Shown: piece after piece, positions 37,758-46,706 of the stretch
Numbering within the stretch: position 1 is the first letter of the stretch
Layout of the letters: each line of letters begins with the position of its first letter
IMG/VR virus record: IMGVR_UViG_3300046747_000566
Coordinates: 1-64,000 of that record
DNA length: 64,000 nt
Strand: one strand, 5' to 3'
DNA from: a virus
The notes under the pieces: generated by a model
Databases searched by the model: none
What the model was told of the DNA's origin: nothing
The model's input: only the letters and a program-made list of their open reading frames with translations
Translations under genes and position numbers: made by a program

Positions 37758-40739
37758 TCATCGTGAACGCACGTCTCCCTTCAGGCGTATCATGTTTGCC
37801 ATGTGAGGAGCCATGCGATTTGTCAGCTCATGACCGTCAATATAGATAGGAGCGGGTTTATCATTATGGACCTGCACGATGATCTGAGGCGAGTATGATG
37901 CTTGCCCTGCCATGCTCGGATACTTGAAATTGTTGTTCATGCCTGAAAAGGCGCTAGCCGTTTTGTCGTGATTGAGCACACTAGAGCCCTTTGGCAGATT
38001 GACAAGCTCAGGTCCCTTTTCACCTACGAGCGCTAATCCACCCGTGAAGTTCTCTATGCCTGATGCAAGATGCGGGATGAGAGGTATATGCACGCTAAAA
38101 CCGGCAACATTGATAGAGTTGATTCCACTGATAAATCCATTAATCTGGTCAATAAGCCAGTTAATACCCGTTCTGAATGCTCCTACGATACCATCCATTA
38201 TGCCGCCAAAGAAGCCTACAAGGCCTCCCCACACACCTTGTAGCCACTTGACGATGTCTCCCCAGTGCTGCACAGCAAGGATGATGCCGAAAATCACAGC
38301 CGCAATGATTATGCCTACGAGGATAAAAGGGGCTGCGAGAATTAATGCTTCTATCACAACGCCGCCCATGGCAATAGCCCAGCCAATAAAAGCAGGAATA
38401 AGAATAGATGCGATGATAATACCAACAGCAGATAAAACAGATACCAAGGCATCCATTGCCAATTTATGATCTTTAAAGAAGTTTGTTGTATTTATTACAG
38501 CTTGACCAACGTTTTTTATGCCATTGTACAAGTCTATGAGAGAGCCAGTCACGAAAGCTCCGACATCCTTTATAAATGTACCAAATTCAGGTGAAGACAC
38601 TGCATTCATAAAATTCTTAAAGCCATTTACAAGATCTACCCCCACCTCTTTTGCGAACGTCTTTATATCTGGATTGCTGAAAAAGCCAGACAGATTTTTA
38701 CCCAGTTCTTGTATTTTGCCGCCGATATCATTTTTTGTAACAAAGTCTCCAATACTCTTGAATGCATCTGCTACCTTTTTGCCAACATTACTACCAAAAT
38801 CCTTGAAGCCTTGCGAGGAGAGAGCATTGCCAATATTGCTCACTATTGGCTCAAGACCTTTTAGGATTGGAGATCCAAACGAGGCAAGCATCTGGTCCCA
38901 ATTCGATTTGAGAGTAGAGAGGAGACCAGCCATTGTTGCAGACTGCTTCGCCATTCCCCCGGCGTAGAGTGGATTAGCTTCAATGCCTTTGGTAAGAGCC
39001 GCCATTGCGTCCTTTGCCGGAAAGAGCCCCGCTGATATCATCTGCTCTAATTGAGCTTGCGTCTTACCTGTTTGCTTCTCTAATATTCCCCATGCATTGA
39101 TGCCATCTGCTGAAAATTGCTGCATATCCTGGCCTGTAAGCTTGCCACTCGTCTGCATCTTGCCAAAGATATTGACGATCTGACCAAGATTGGCCGCCGA
39201 TCCTTTGCCAACAGCTGAGAGCGCATCACCAATAGATGTCAGGTCCGGTATCACATCCTTTGCATTTACGCCAAAACCAATGAGCTGAGAAGCGGCTTGG
39301 TCAATCTCCATCGTCTTAAAAGGTGTTTTTGATGCAAAAGCGTCAAGCTTGTTAAGCTCATCGGTAGCGGCTTTTGTTGAGCCCATGAGCGTATCAAAAG
39401 CCGTTTCCATAGTTTCGGCAGACTCAGCAGGACCTAGAAGTTGCTCAGCAGTAGACATGGCTGTTTGCCCAATGATCTGGAGATTCATGATGCCAAAGCC
39501 GAGATTGCCAACAAAATCCATCACGCTTGAACCTGCGTTCATAATGCCGCCGACAAAGCTCTGCGCCCCGCTTACCACACTAGAGAAGCCTGTTTTAAGG
39601 CCTTCCATGCGACCTGACCCGGTGAGCACTTGCTGAAACATGCCTCCCATACTGGAACCCATGTCAGACATACCTTGCTTGAAGCTATTTAATGGTCCTG
39701 ATGCCGCTTCACTGAGGTTAGATGATAGACTCCTAATGCCACTGATAAGGTCTGCTAATGGACCGCTTGCTGCTGCTTCGATATCTGATGCAAAACTTTG
39801 AATACTGCTGATAAAGCTATTAAATGGACCAGAAACGGCACTGTTGACTTTAGAAGCGATGTCTTGCACGCCACTGGTAAAGTTGTTCAATGGGCCTGAT
39901 ACGGCGTCACTAACTTTTGAAGATATATCCTGTATGCCACTCTTGAAAGCATTTAATGGGCCCGATACGGCATCATTGATAGTGGAATTTATTCTCTGAA
40001 TGCTGGTCGTGAACTTATCCAGCGCATTTGAAGCAGCATCACTGATATTCGAAGCTACCTGCTGCACACCATTAGAGAAAGCGTTGAGCGGACCCGATAC
40101 GGCATCATTGACTTTAGACGCAATATCCTGCACACCACTGGAAAACTTATCAAATGCGCTAGACGCAACGCCTCCAATGGTAGACGAAATATCCTGTACT
40201 CGACTTGAAAATGCATCAAATGCACTTGAGGCAACTCCGCCGATTGTAGAGGAGAGATTCTGGATACGCCCAATAAGATTATTGATCGGGCCTGATGCGG
40301 CATTGCCCATCTTTATACCAATGTCCGCTATGCCATTGCCAAGAATACTTAGACGCCCAACGAGCACGCCTCCAATATTTTGCGCTAGCTGCGTGGTAGC
40401 ACTGCCGATCAGCGCCAGACTGTCTTTAAATCCTGTAGTAGCCGCAGAGGCCTCTACAATCTTCTCGGACGTCGTGTCTGAGGCATCGCCAACCTCTGCA
40501 ATCGCATCAGATGAAACAATAGCCGCACTGGCCACTTCATCCAATCCGCTCGTGATTTCGCTTGTGTCAATCGCCGGGGAGCCAATATTGCCGAAACGGC
40601 TGGCAAGGTCGTCGCACATGCCAAGAGCTGATGAGCCAAAATCGCTCAAGAGACTCTTTGCTTGCGATATCCCTTCCTGGAGTTTCGTCGTATCAGCATA
40701 GAAGCTGACAAACATATTTCCTAAGCTTGTGTCTGCCAT
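37758..40739 (-). CDS. tape measure protein
   Basis: 993 aa. About nine internal 23-aa repeats (AVSGPLNxFxSGxQDIxSKV). C-terminal TM cluster. Lies after the G/GT chaperone. Confidence 0.8.
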   Translation of the reverse strand: MADTSLGNMFVSFYADTTKLQEGISQAKSLLSDFGSSALGMCDDLASRFGNIGSPAIDTSEITSGLDEVASAAIVSSDAIAEVGDASDTTSEKIVEASAATTGFKDSLALIGSATTQLAQNIGGVLVGRLSILGNGIADIGIKMGNAASGPINNLIGRIQNLSSTIGGVASSAFDAFSSRVQDISSTIGGVASSAFDKFSSGVQDIASKVNDAVSGPLNAFSNGVQQVASNISDAASNALDKFTTSIQRINSTINDAVSGPLNAFKSGIQDISSKVSDAVSGPLNNFTSGVQDIASKVNSAVSGPFNSFISSIQSFASDIEAAASGPLADLISGIRSLSSNLSEAASGPLNSFKQGMSDMGSSMGGMFQQVLTGSGRMEGLKTGFSSVVSGAQSFVGGIMNAGSSVMDFVGNLGFGIMNLQIIGQTAMSTAEQLLGPAESAETMETAFDTLMGSTKAATDELNKLDAFASKTPFKTMEIDQAASQLIGFGVNAKDVIPDLTSIGDALSAVGKGSAANLGQIVNIFGKMQTSGKLTGQDMQQFSADGINAWGILEKQTGKTQAQLEQMISAGLFPAKDAMAALTKGIEANPLYAGGMAKQSATMAGLLSTLKSNWDQMLASFGSPILKGLEPIVSNIGNALSSQGFKDFGSNVGKKVADAFKSIGDFVTKNDIGGKIQELGKNLSGFFSNPDIKTFAKEVGVDLVNGFKNFMNAVSSPEFGTFIKDVGAFVTGSLIDLYNGIKNVGQAVINTTNFFKDHKLAMDALVSVLSAVGIIIASILIPAFIGWAIAMGGVVIEALILAAPFILVGIIIAAVIFGIILAVQHWGDIVKWLQGVWGGLVGFFGGIMDGIVGAFRTGINWLIDQINGFISGINSINVAGFSVHIPLIPHLASGIENFTGGLALVGEKGPELVNLPKGSSVLNHDKTASAFSGMNNNFKYPSMAGQASYSPQIIVQVHNDKPAPIYIDGHELTNRMAPHMANMIRLKGDVRSR

Positions 40740-40748
40740 GTGTCCCCT

Positions 40749-41314
40749 TTATGCATCTAACTCAGCCCTTTGTTTCTCCAGCTTATCCTCTAGCTCTTCT
40801 TCTTCAAGTTGGTACAGTGCCTGCCATTTCATAAATTGCTGGTTGCTCATCCGATCAAAAAACTCTTCAACATCTAGCCCGCTTGCGGCTGCTCCGAGTT
40901 CCCTGTAGAGGAAGAGTTCGAACCTTTCGCGTGGCGACTCTGATAGTTTTTTTTCGTCTCCTCGAATCCCTTCTGGTCAAGCCCCGATATTTGCCCAATC
41001 AGGTCCCCAATAGGCTTGAGGACGGAAAGCCCAAAGCCTGCCACTCCTTCAAAATCTGTATCTGAGAAAACGCGCTCTTTTGTTTCGCGTTCGATGAGCC
41101 CCATGCACACAGTAGCCGCTTGTGCAAGAATAGGGTCTTTTGTGCCGTCTTCCACTAGGGCCAATCTGTTGACAAGTGATGTTTGTGTTCCGGTCAATTC
41201 GACAACAGAAAGCTGTCCTGTAAATTCTTCTAGTCCAGGGATGGGATCATCAATGGGGAACTCTTGCAACTTGCGATTGAACAATGCTGCTCGTAATCCG
41301 TGTACTTTGCCCAT
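40749..41314 (-). CDS. tail assembly chaperone GT, made by -1 programmed frameshift
   Basis: The zero frame reads ACG AAA AAA AAC (A8 at 40947..40954). I translated the -1 frame and it stays open to TAA at 40749, 10 nt upstream of the tape measure ATG. Confidence 0.6.
40874..41314 (-). CDS. tail assembly chaperone (G)
   Basis: Sits between the tube and tape measure genes. Contains the slippery run. Confidence 0.7.
   Translation of the reverse strand: MGKVHGLRAALFNRKLQEFPIDDPIPGLEEFTGQLSVVELTGTQTSLVNRLALVEDGTKDPILAQAATVCMGLIERETKERVFSDTDFEGVAGFGLSVLKPIGDLIGQISGLDQKGFEETKKNYQSRHAKGSNSSSTGNSEQPQAG
40947..40954 (-). promoter_or_regulatory. slippery sequence A_AAA_AAC
   Basis: Read directly in the sequence. 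Confidence 0.6.
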
Positions 41315-41325
41315 AATACTTTTTC

Positions 41326-42249
41326 CTACGCTGAATAAAATTCGTCTGTAAGCTTAAAGGTCAGATCTTCGCGATTGGCCTTCTTTGGATCAATTTTGAT
41401 ATTGCTATCAGTAGCCCAGCAGTATCCGGTATTGATATCTCCTCCACTGTCCCGCACATCAAGGATAAGCAGATCACGCGCTTTAAGCGATATTACACGT
41501 GCTGAGCTGACGTGGAATGTCGAGAATTTGAGCGTTCCTGAGAATGTCGTGGGGATGCTAGACTCGCTGCCATCTGTCGAGAAGACAGTCGTGTCATCAG
41601 TCGCTACTTTCCCTGCAAACTCGCCATTTGAGGCGTTACCTATCGTTACGATGACATAGTAGCTGCCGCTATGGAACCTTACCTGTGTAGTTGCAGCCTG
41701 CGCCACCGCAAAAACAGCACGAGCATAGACTTTGTAGAGCGTAAATCCGGTCGTAATCGTGGTCCAAGTTGATCCTGCCTTGACTTCAGCAATAGCCACG
41801 CTTGGCGATGAGCCCCCTGTCAGGCTGTTTGTTTGCAGTGTGATCAATGCCTGCGATGCATATCCCAGCGTGCCAGTGAACTCTACCTGAAATGCTGTAC
41901 CAGGCCCTGGGCCGCCTGTAACCAGGGCATTACCAGAACCAATGCTAGACAGTGCCTGTAACGCCGTTTGCATCTGTGGAGCAGTGCAGTTCCAGTTGAG
42001 TGCAGATGTATTTTGTCCGCCAAATCTGAGCACAAACGTTCCGCCAGCAGGGGTACCGGTGATGGTGACACTTTGCAGCTCGTCATAGCGGGCTTGGGTC
42101 ACAACGGCAACATCACGGTCAAAAAACTGCTTTGCTACGTTCGTTATCGAGTACGTGAGCTGATCGCTCGTACTCGTTGCCTCATCTGTAAAAGCTACGG
42201 ACGGCTGTGATGTTGCACGTATTGTTGTATTGTATCCTGCTGTAGCCAT
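41326..42249 (-). CDS. major tail (tube) protein, long paralog with about 170-aa insertion
   Basis: Shares MA.AGY..TI, IPTT and DPKKAN motifs with 42256..42648. Confidence 0.55.
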   Translation of the reverse strand: MATAGYNTTIRATSQPSVAFTDEATSTSDQLTYSITNVAKQFFDRDVAVVTQARYDELQSVTITGTPAGGTFVLRFGGQNTSALNWNCTAPQMQTALQALSSIGSGNALVTGGPGPGTAFQVEFTGTLGYASQALITLQTNSLTGGSSPSVAIAEVKAGSTWTTITTGFTLYKVYARAVFAVAQAATTQVRFHSGSYYVIVTIGNASNGEFAGKVATDDTTVFSTDGSESSIPTTFSGTLKFSTFHVSSARVISLKARDLLILDVRDSGGDINTGYCWATDSNIKIDPKKANREDLTFKLTDEFYSA

Positions 42250-42255
42250 GTCGTG

Positions 42256-42648
42256 CTAAACCACCGTTTCTGCTCCATTGAGGAGTAAAGTGACATCAAG
42301 AGTGTTGGCCTTCTTTGGATCGAGCTTTGTGCCCCAGTCTGTCACCCAGTAGGAGCCTGAATAAGTCTCTGATGCGTCGCCATTAATATCCAGGACAATT
42401 GCGACCGCTGTCTTGTTACGGAATGCTGTCTTGAGAGCATTCTGGCCTGTATCGGTCGTGTTTCTGAGTCCGGACAGCTTAATGCTTGCAGCAGATGTTG
42501 TCGGTATGTGCGTTTCAGTGCCTGGTGTCGTTGCGCTGAACGAGGTTATATCGTCGGTGTTGACTTTCGGTGAGTAGTCGATGGTCTTTATCTCTTTGAC
42601 TACGGTTCCTCCAGCAGTGATCGTCGCCGAGTACCCAGCTTTAGCCAT
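42256..42648 (-). CDS. tail tube-like protein, short paralog
   Basis: YWVTDWGTKLDPKKANTLDVTL here, versus YCWATDSNIKIDPKKANREDLTF in the long paralog. Confidence 0.55.
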   Translation of the reverse strand: MAKAGYSATITAGGTVVKEIKTIDYSPKVNTDDITSFSATTPGTETHIPTTSAASIKLSGLRNTTDTGQNALKTAFRNKTAVAIVLDINGDASETYSGSYWVTDWGTKLDPKKANTLDVTLLLNGAETVV

Positions 42649-42663
42649 AATTTAACCTCCTAC

Positions 42664-42984
42664 CTATGGATTCTTCAATTCGTCTATAAGGTGCTGACTT
42701 GCTGTTAACGCTGCTGGGAATAGGAATGGATGAGCAGCCATCTTGTATGTCCCGAATTCCTGATCAGGCCCGTAGGACACATTAGTGCCTACTGAACATC
42801 TCATTTTTCCTTGCTTTGCGTACTGGATGCTAGATCGCAGCCTGCCTGTATCCACACGTACAGTCTTCTTCGCCTCTGCTTGACACTCGATGCCAGCCCC
42901 TTGCACAGCCTGGCCAGCCTTGTTTTCCAGATTTGCAACGTAAGCATCCATCGCTGAAAAGATAGCGCCAAGTCCATCACTCAT
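42664..42984 (-). CDS. HK97 gp10-like head-tail component
   Basis: VRVDTGRLRSSI motif. GGAGG RBS at the internal Met. Confidence 0.6.
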   Translation of the reverse strand: MSDGLGAIFSAMDAYVANLENKAGQAVQGAGIECQAEAKKTVRVDTGRLRSSIQYAKQGKMRCSVGTNVSYGPDQEFGTYKMAAHPFLFPAALTASQHLIDELKNP

Positions 42985-42994
42985 GTCTCGCCTC

Positions 42995-43441
42995 CTAGCC
43001 TTGCGTTTGCAGCTTATAACGATGTGCGATAAGTTGCGTAATACCATCGGATTGCGGTACTTCCTGCTCATTATCGAGTAGAAGCAAGTATTGGTTAAAT
43101 CCACTTGACGACAAATCTAATGCTTTCTCGTGCACAATATCGTAAATCTTTTTTGCTATGCCTCTTGCCTGAGAAAAGCCCCCACTTGCACCTACCTGCG
43201 TGAAAACGCTAATCTGAACGAAAGAGTCAACAGCATCAGTGCCAAAGCTCAAATCCTCTCCTGACTGCGACAAGATCGGGAAGACGACGACGTATGGGAA
43301 TGACTGACCAACAGGTACACCACCACTATCAAAGATGTTCCATGTTGGCGTTGTCGAGCCCGCGAGCAAACCTTGCAAGGGGGCATCCCCTCTGAGCCTT
43401 GCGATAAATGCGGTTTGAATTGCTCCCGTTGGCAGTGCCAC
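42995..43441 (-). CDS. tail completion/terminator-like protein (DUF3168-like)
   Basis: IQTAFIARLRGDAPL ... PYVVVF pattern, plus position. Confidence 0.45.
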   Translation of the reverse strand: MALPTGAIQTAFIARLRGDAPLQGLLAGSTTPTWNIFDSGGVPVGQSFPYVVVFPILSQSGEDLSFGTDAVDSFVQISVFTQVGASGGFSQARGIAKKIYDIVHEKALDLSSSGFNQYLLLLDNEQEVPQSDGITQLIAHRYKLQTQG

Positions 43442-43629
43442 TATTTCACCTCATAGCCGCGCTGAAGGCTTTGACGAATAGCCACAAGCTGTTGCTTTTG
43501 TCTCTCATCAATTTCTTCTCGAACGATTTGCCGAATACGCTCCTCAGAAAGAACCTCTTGCGCTTTCTTTAGTTCTGTTATTAAGTCTTTCGCATCAAGC
43601 TTAACCACTACTTCATTGCTAGCCATCAC
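43441..43629 (-). CDS. hypothetical small protein
   Basis: ORF track. Start/stop overlaps with both neighbours. Confidence 0.4.
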   Translation of the reverse strand: MMASNEVVVKLDAKDLITELKKAQEVLSEERIRQIVREEIDERQKQQLVAIRQSLQRGYEVK

Positions 43630-44021
43630 ACCGATCCTTTCGCCTGCTCTTCAATGCATGGCATGATCGTTTCCATGTGCCTCAAGTCCTCGTCAATAGC
43701 TCCAAGGATACGGAAATTACGACCATTCACGACAAGACGCATACCAGCCACAATAGCCACATCTGAGCTATAGCGCATCTCTGCATAATGATCAGCGGTT
43801 GGGTAGAGTTGACCATAGCGAAACGAGAGCCGAGCGCCACGCCCAAACTTGCCTGCATGCAGGCCAATCATGAGCGGCAATGATCCGCCGCCGCGAACTG
43901 TTGTCCAGACGTTAGCGTTGGCGTTTCCTCCCTGGCCATTGTCAGCATACGCCGCTTCTTTTTGAATGATTGCAGGCCGGCTGTAGCTTCCTGCGTCAGG
44001 CGTGGTCGTGGTGCGTGCCAT
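43626..44021 (-). CDS. head-tail joining (head closure) protein
   Basis: VWTTVRG ... MRLVVNGRNFRILGAID pattern. Confidence 0.55.
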   Translation of the reverse strand: MARTTTTPDAGSYSRPAIIQKEAAYADNGQGGNANANVWTTVRGGGSLPLMIGLHAGKFGRGARLSFRYGQLYPTADHYAEMRYSSDVAIVAGMRLVVNGRNFRILGAIDEDLRHMETIMPCIEEQAKGSV

Positions 44022-44036
44022 TATTCCTCCTCGCTA

Positions 44037-44726
44037 TCAGGATGACAGATTTACGGCATACGGGCGCACTTCATGACTGAGGCGCTTCACCTCTTCATCA
44101 CCATAGTGATAGTTTGCCTCATCTCTTTCCAGGAACATGTCATAGGTGATCTCAAGAGTGGTGAGATGCCCACACTTCACATCAAAGTCAAGGACAATGG
44201 GATAGCCGAGCTGCCTCACGCGTCTGCAAAATGCGAGGTCTTCTGACATGTTTTGAGAAAAATCGAACCAGGGCTCACCTGTCTCTTGGATGGCTCGCAG
44301 CACATCAGTTCTTATCAAAAGGCACCCAGCACCGCATGCATCAACCTCCTGTAAGCCATCGCAAAATTTTGTAAGACTAATGTGCTGACCTTTTTCGTTG
44401 CATCGGAAGACGACTGGAAGCATCGGTATGCTCCGATGAACATAAAGGCCCGTCACAACTGGGAGATTATGCGAAAGCAGACGCAACAGCCCATCAGGAG
44501 GCATTATTATGTCATCATCAATGAAAAAGAGATGTGTTGCCTCTGGATGCTGCTCAAGCGTGGCTTTCACAATGTCGTTCCGTGCGACATGCACGATTTG
44601 TCGCTTGGCACTCCAAGTAATCCAGTCTGGCGAACCATCAGGCTTGGTTGGTTTTTTCAATTCCTCCCAAGCCACCAACCATTCAGGCTGTACTGCTCCA
44701 ATATGAAGTCTTCCGATGGCGATCAT
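44037..44726 (-). CDS. GT-A fold glycosyltransferase (family 2-like)
   Basis: LFFIDDDIIMP (DxD), GAGCLLIRTDVL, EDLAFCRRVRQLGY. ATGA overlap with the upstream structural gene. Confidence 0.65.
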   Translation of the reverse strand: MIAIGRLHIGAVQPEWLVAWEELKKPTKPDGSPDWITWSAKRQIVHVARNDIVKATLEQHPEATHLFFIDDDIIMPPDGLLRLLSHNLPVVTGLYVHRSIPMLPVVFRCNEKGQHISLTKFCDGLQEVDACGAGCLLIRTDVLRAIQETGEPWFDFSQNMSEDLAFCRRVRQLGYPIVLDFDVKCGHLTTLEITYDMFLERDEANYHYGDEEVKRLSHEVRPYAVNLSS

Positions 44727-45523
44727 GCATACCCCACGGTGCATGCAGGAGTGTTCGTGGTTCCACCGGCATAGATGCCAACCACAGCCGGTAATTCAGG
44801 ATTGAACATTGTCCCTACAGCCGTAGATGCAGGGATAGAGGCGATAATGGTACCTGATGCTGCATTGGTATTGTCATAAAAATTCAATAAAGCAGTTGCG
44901 GTAGAGGTAACGATGATTCGGCAAATTCTACCAGCACTCGCTTTGACAGCAGCCGCTCCAGCGGTTTGCGCAGTGACGGCAACGGTAGCAGTTCCACCGC
45001 TGGCCACAATTTGACAGTGACTCGCGTCTACGCCAGCTTTATTGGTCCCTGCGCTATCAACAAGATTTACGCCACCAATAAGTGCAGAACCAGCCGCTAG
45101 CACTGCCGAGGAGAGAGTAACGCCGAGCGGCACGCTATTCGGGAATGGTGAAGCGAATCCTGTGACTGTACAGCTTGTCCCGCCGCTGCTAGACATGACC
45201 GCGCGAATTTTGGCAAGTCCTGCCGTCTGGAATGTCCAGATGGACGCGGTAGAACCAGGGTTCGCTACATTGTCCGCAATGGTTGTGGTGTCCTGCCGAT
45301 TGCCTTTGATCTTATCGAATGTGGTACCGTCAGGACTTGCCCAGAATGTGACCGTGCCTGTGTACGATGTAGGATTGACAAGCAGTACAGCCGTCGCCAT
45401 GCCTGTGATGTCAAAATCAGTGCCGTTCCCATCACCGGTAGCTGCATTTTGCAATGTAGCACTCAGGACTACTCCCACGTTGATTGGTTTGCCTCCAGGC
45501 GGTGAAGGTACAATAACTCCCAT
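44723..45523 (-). CDS. A/G/T-rich virion protein (decoration or fibre?)
   Basis: ORF track. Lies in the head module. Confidence 0.4.
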   Translation of the reverse strand: MGVIVPSPPGGKPINVGVVLSATLQNAATGDGNGTDFDITGMATAVLLVNPTSYTGTVTFWASPDGTTFDKIKGNRQDTTTIADNVANPGSTASIWTFQTAGLAKIRAVMSSSGGTSCTVTGFASPFPNSVPLGVTLSSAVLAAGSALIGGVNLVDSAGTNKAGVDASHCQIVASGGTATVAVTAQTAGAAAVKASAGRICRIIVTSTATALLNFYDNTNAASGTIIASIPASTAVGTMFNPELPAVVGIYAGGTTNTPACTVGYA

Positions 45524-45541
45524 GTGATTTATCTCCTGCTG

Positions 45542-46195
45542 TTATAGCGTGAATATCCTTCGTTCTACAAATTGTTGTCTAATACCATCTGGTATAGGCT
45601 CGCCCCCGCGATACTCATACCAGAAATTGATCAAGCTGAGCATTGCAGGTTTTAAGTCCAGCACCTTTGGGTCTAATGTGCTACTGCCAGCCACATAGAT
45701 AAGCCTAAAGCGAGACGCAGCAAGGATTGTGAATACATTGATCTCGTTGGGCTCAGCATAGGGGTCCAAGCGGTAGTTTGGATTGCCGCCTGAGTCGGTC
45801 GGATCAACCAACGTCCATTCTGGATTATCCATACGTGTGAGTTGGTACTCTAGGCTCGTGAAAGTCTGTACAGGCCCCATGAGGCAATGGATGCAAATCC
45901 TCGCAGTCCCGAGCAGGGGGACATTCGGTCGCTCCCAAAGATCCTCGTCATAACGAATGCCCACGGGACCCGACAATTCACCTTGCGCTATTCTGTCCGG
46001 TTCATAAATGAGTTGAATGGTTTGCGTGAGAAAACTCTTGCCGAGCAGGTTCTCAGCATAACGCCGCGCATTCGTGATGAGATTTGCAATAAGCATATCC
46101 TCAGACGAGAAATCGACTCTCAGATAGCTCTTTGCTTCTGTAAGAGTGATAGGCTCGTATTCTGGCGGTGTAATGATTTTGTATGAATATCCCAC
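45542..46195 (-). CDS. gp6-like head-tail connector
   Basis: ITLTEAKSYLRVDFSSEDMLIANLITNARRYAENLLG. Confidence 0.6.
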   Translation of the reverse strand: MGYSYKIITPPEYEPITLTEAKSYLRVDFSSEDMLIANLITNARRYAENLLGKSFLTQTIQLIYEPDRIAQGELSGPVGIRYDEDLWERPNVPLLGTARICIHCLMGPVQTFTSLEYQLTRMDNPEWTLVDPTDSGGNPNYRLDPYAEPNEINVFTILAASRFRLIYVAGSSTLDPKVLDLKPAMLSLINFWYEYRGGEPIPDGIRQQFVERRIFTL

Positions 46196-46212
46196 GGCAA
46201 ACCTTTTCTAAT

Positions 46213-46680
46213 CTATGCAGCAGGCTCATTCTGCGGATACCCGAGAATTGCTATGGCTGTGATATATCCGCCGGTACTGGGCGATCCGCTCACCGTATCA
46301 ACGATCCTCACCAGGACCTTACCGTTGGCGGTTGGCGTTGCACTGTTAGCAATCGTTCCTACATTGGCATTCCCCAGGTAGCCAAACTTCAGAATGGTCC
46401 CCGCCGCTGTAGCGCTGGTGACAACGCTGCTCTGTCCTGATGGTGTCTGTAGGTAATTGCCAGACACTGCTACCCAGTTCGAGCCACCATCAATCGTATC
46501 TTGCAGGCTCAACGTGTGCGTGCCATCAGTCACCGTGCCGACAGCCACTACGAAGCAGAGGCCATCATTGCCGCCATTTGTTGCGGTCACGTCAATGCTG
46601 GTCCCGTTTGCGGTGGACGTGATGGGAGCGCCATTGCCTAACGCCTTCTTGGCGGAAAAGTAATTCATGAAATCTTTCAT
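46213..46680 (-). CDS. putative head decoration protein
   Basis: Lies immediately downstream of the capsid gene. Beta-rich composition. Confidence 0.35.
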   Translation of the reverse strand: MKDFMNYFSAKKALGNGAPITSTANGTSIDVTATNGGNDGLCFVVAVGTVTDGTHTLSLQDTIDGGSNWVAVSGNYLQTPSGQSSVVTSATAAGTILKFGYLGNANVGTIANSATPTANGKVLVRIVDTVSGSPSTGGYITAIAILGYPQNEPAA

Positions 46681-46706
46681 GATCTGTTGTCCTCCTTCTC
46701 TGCCAA

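Noticed and set aside
37972-40701. Plus-strand ORFs antisense to the tape measure gene (37972..38469, 38518..38967, 39349..39636, 40000..40701).
   Set aside because: They have no RBS or motif support and lie inside a 993-aa ORF with typical tape-measure features.
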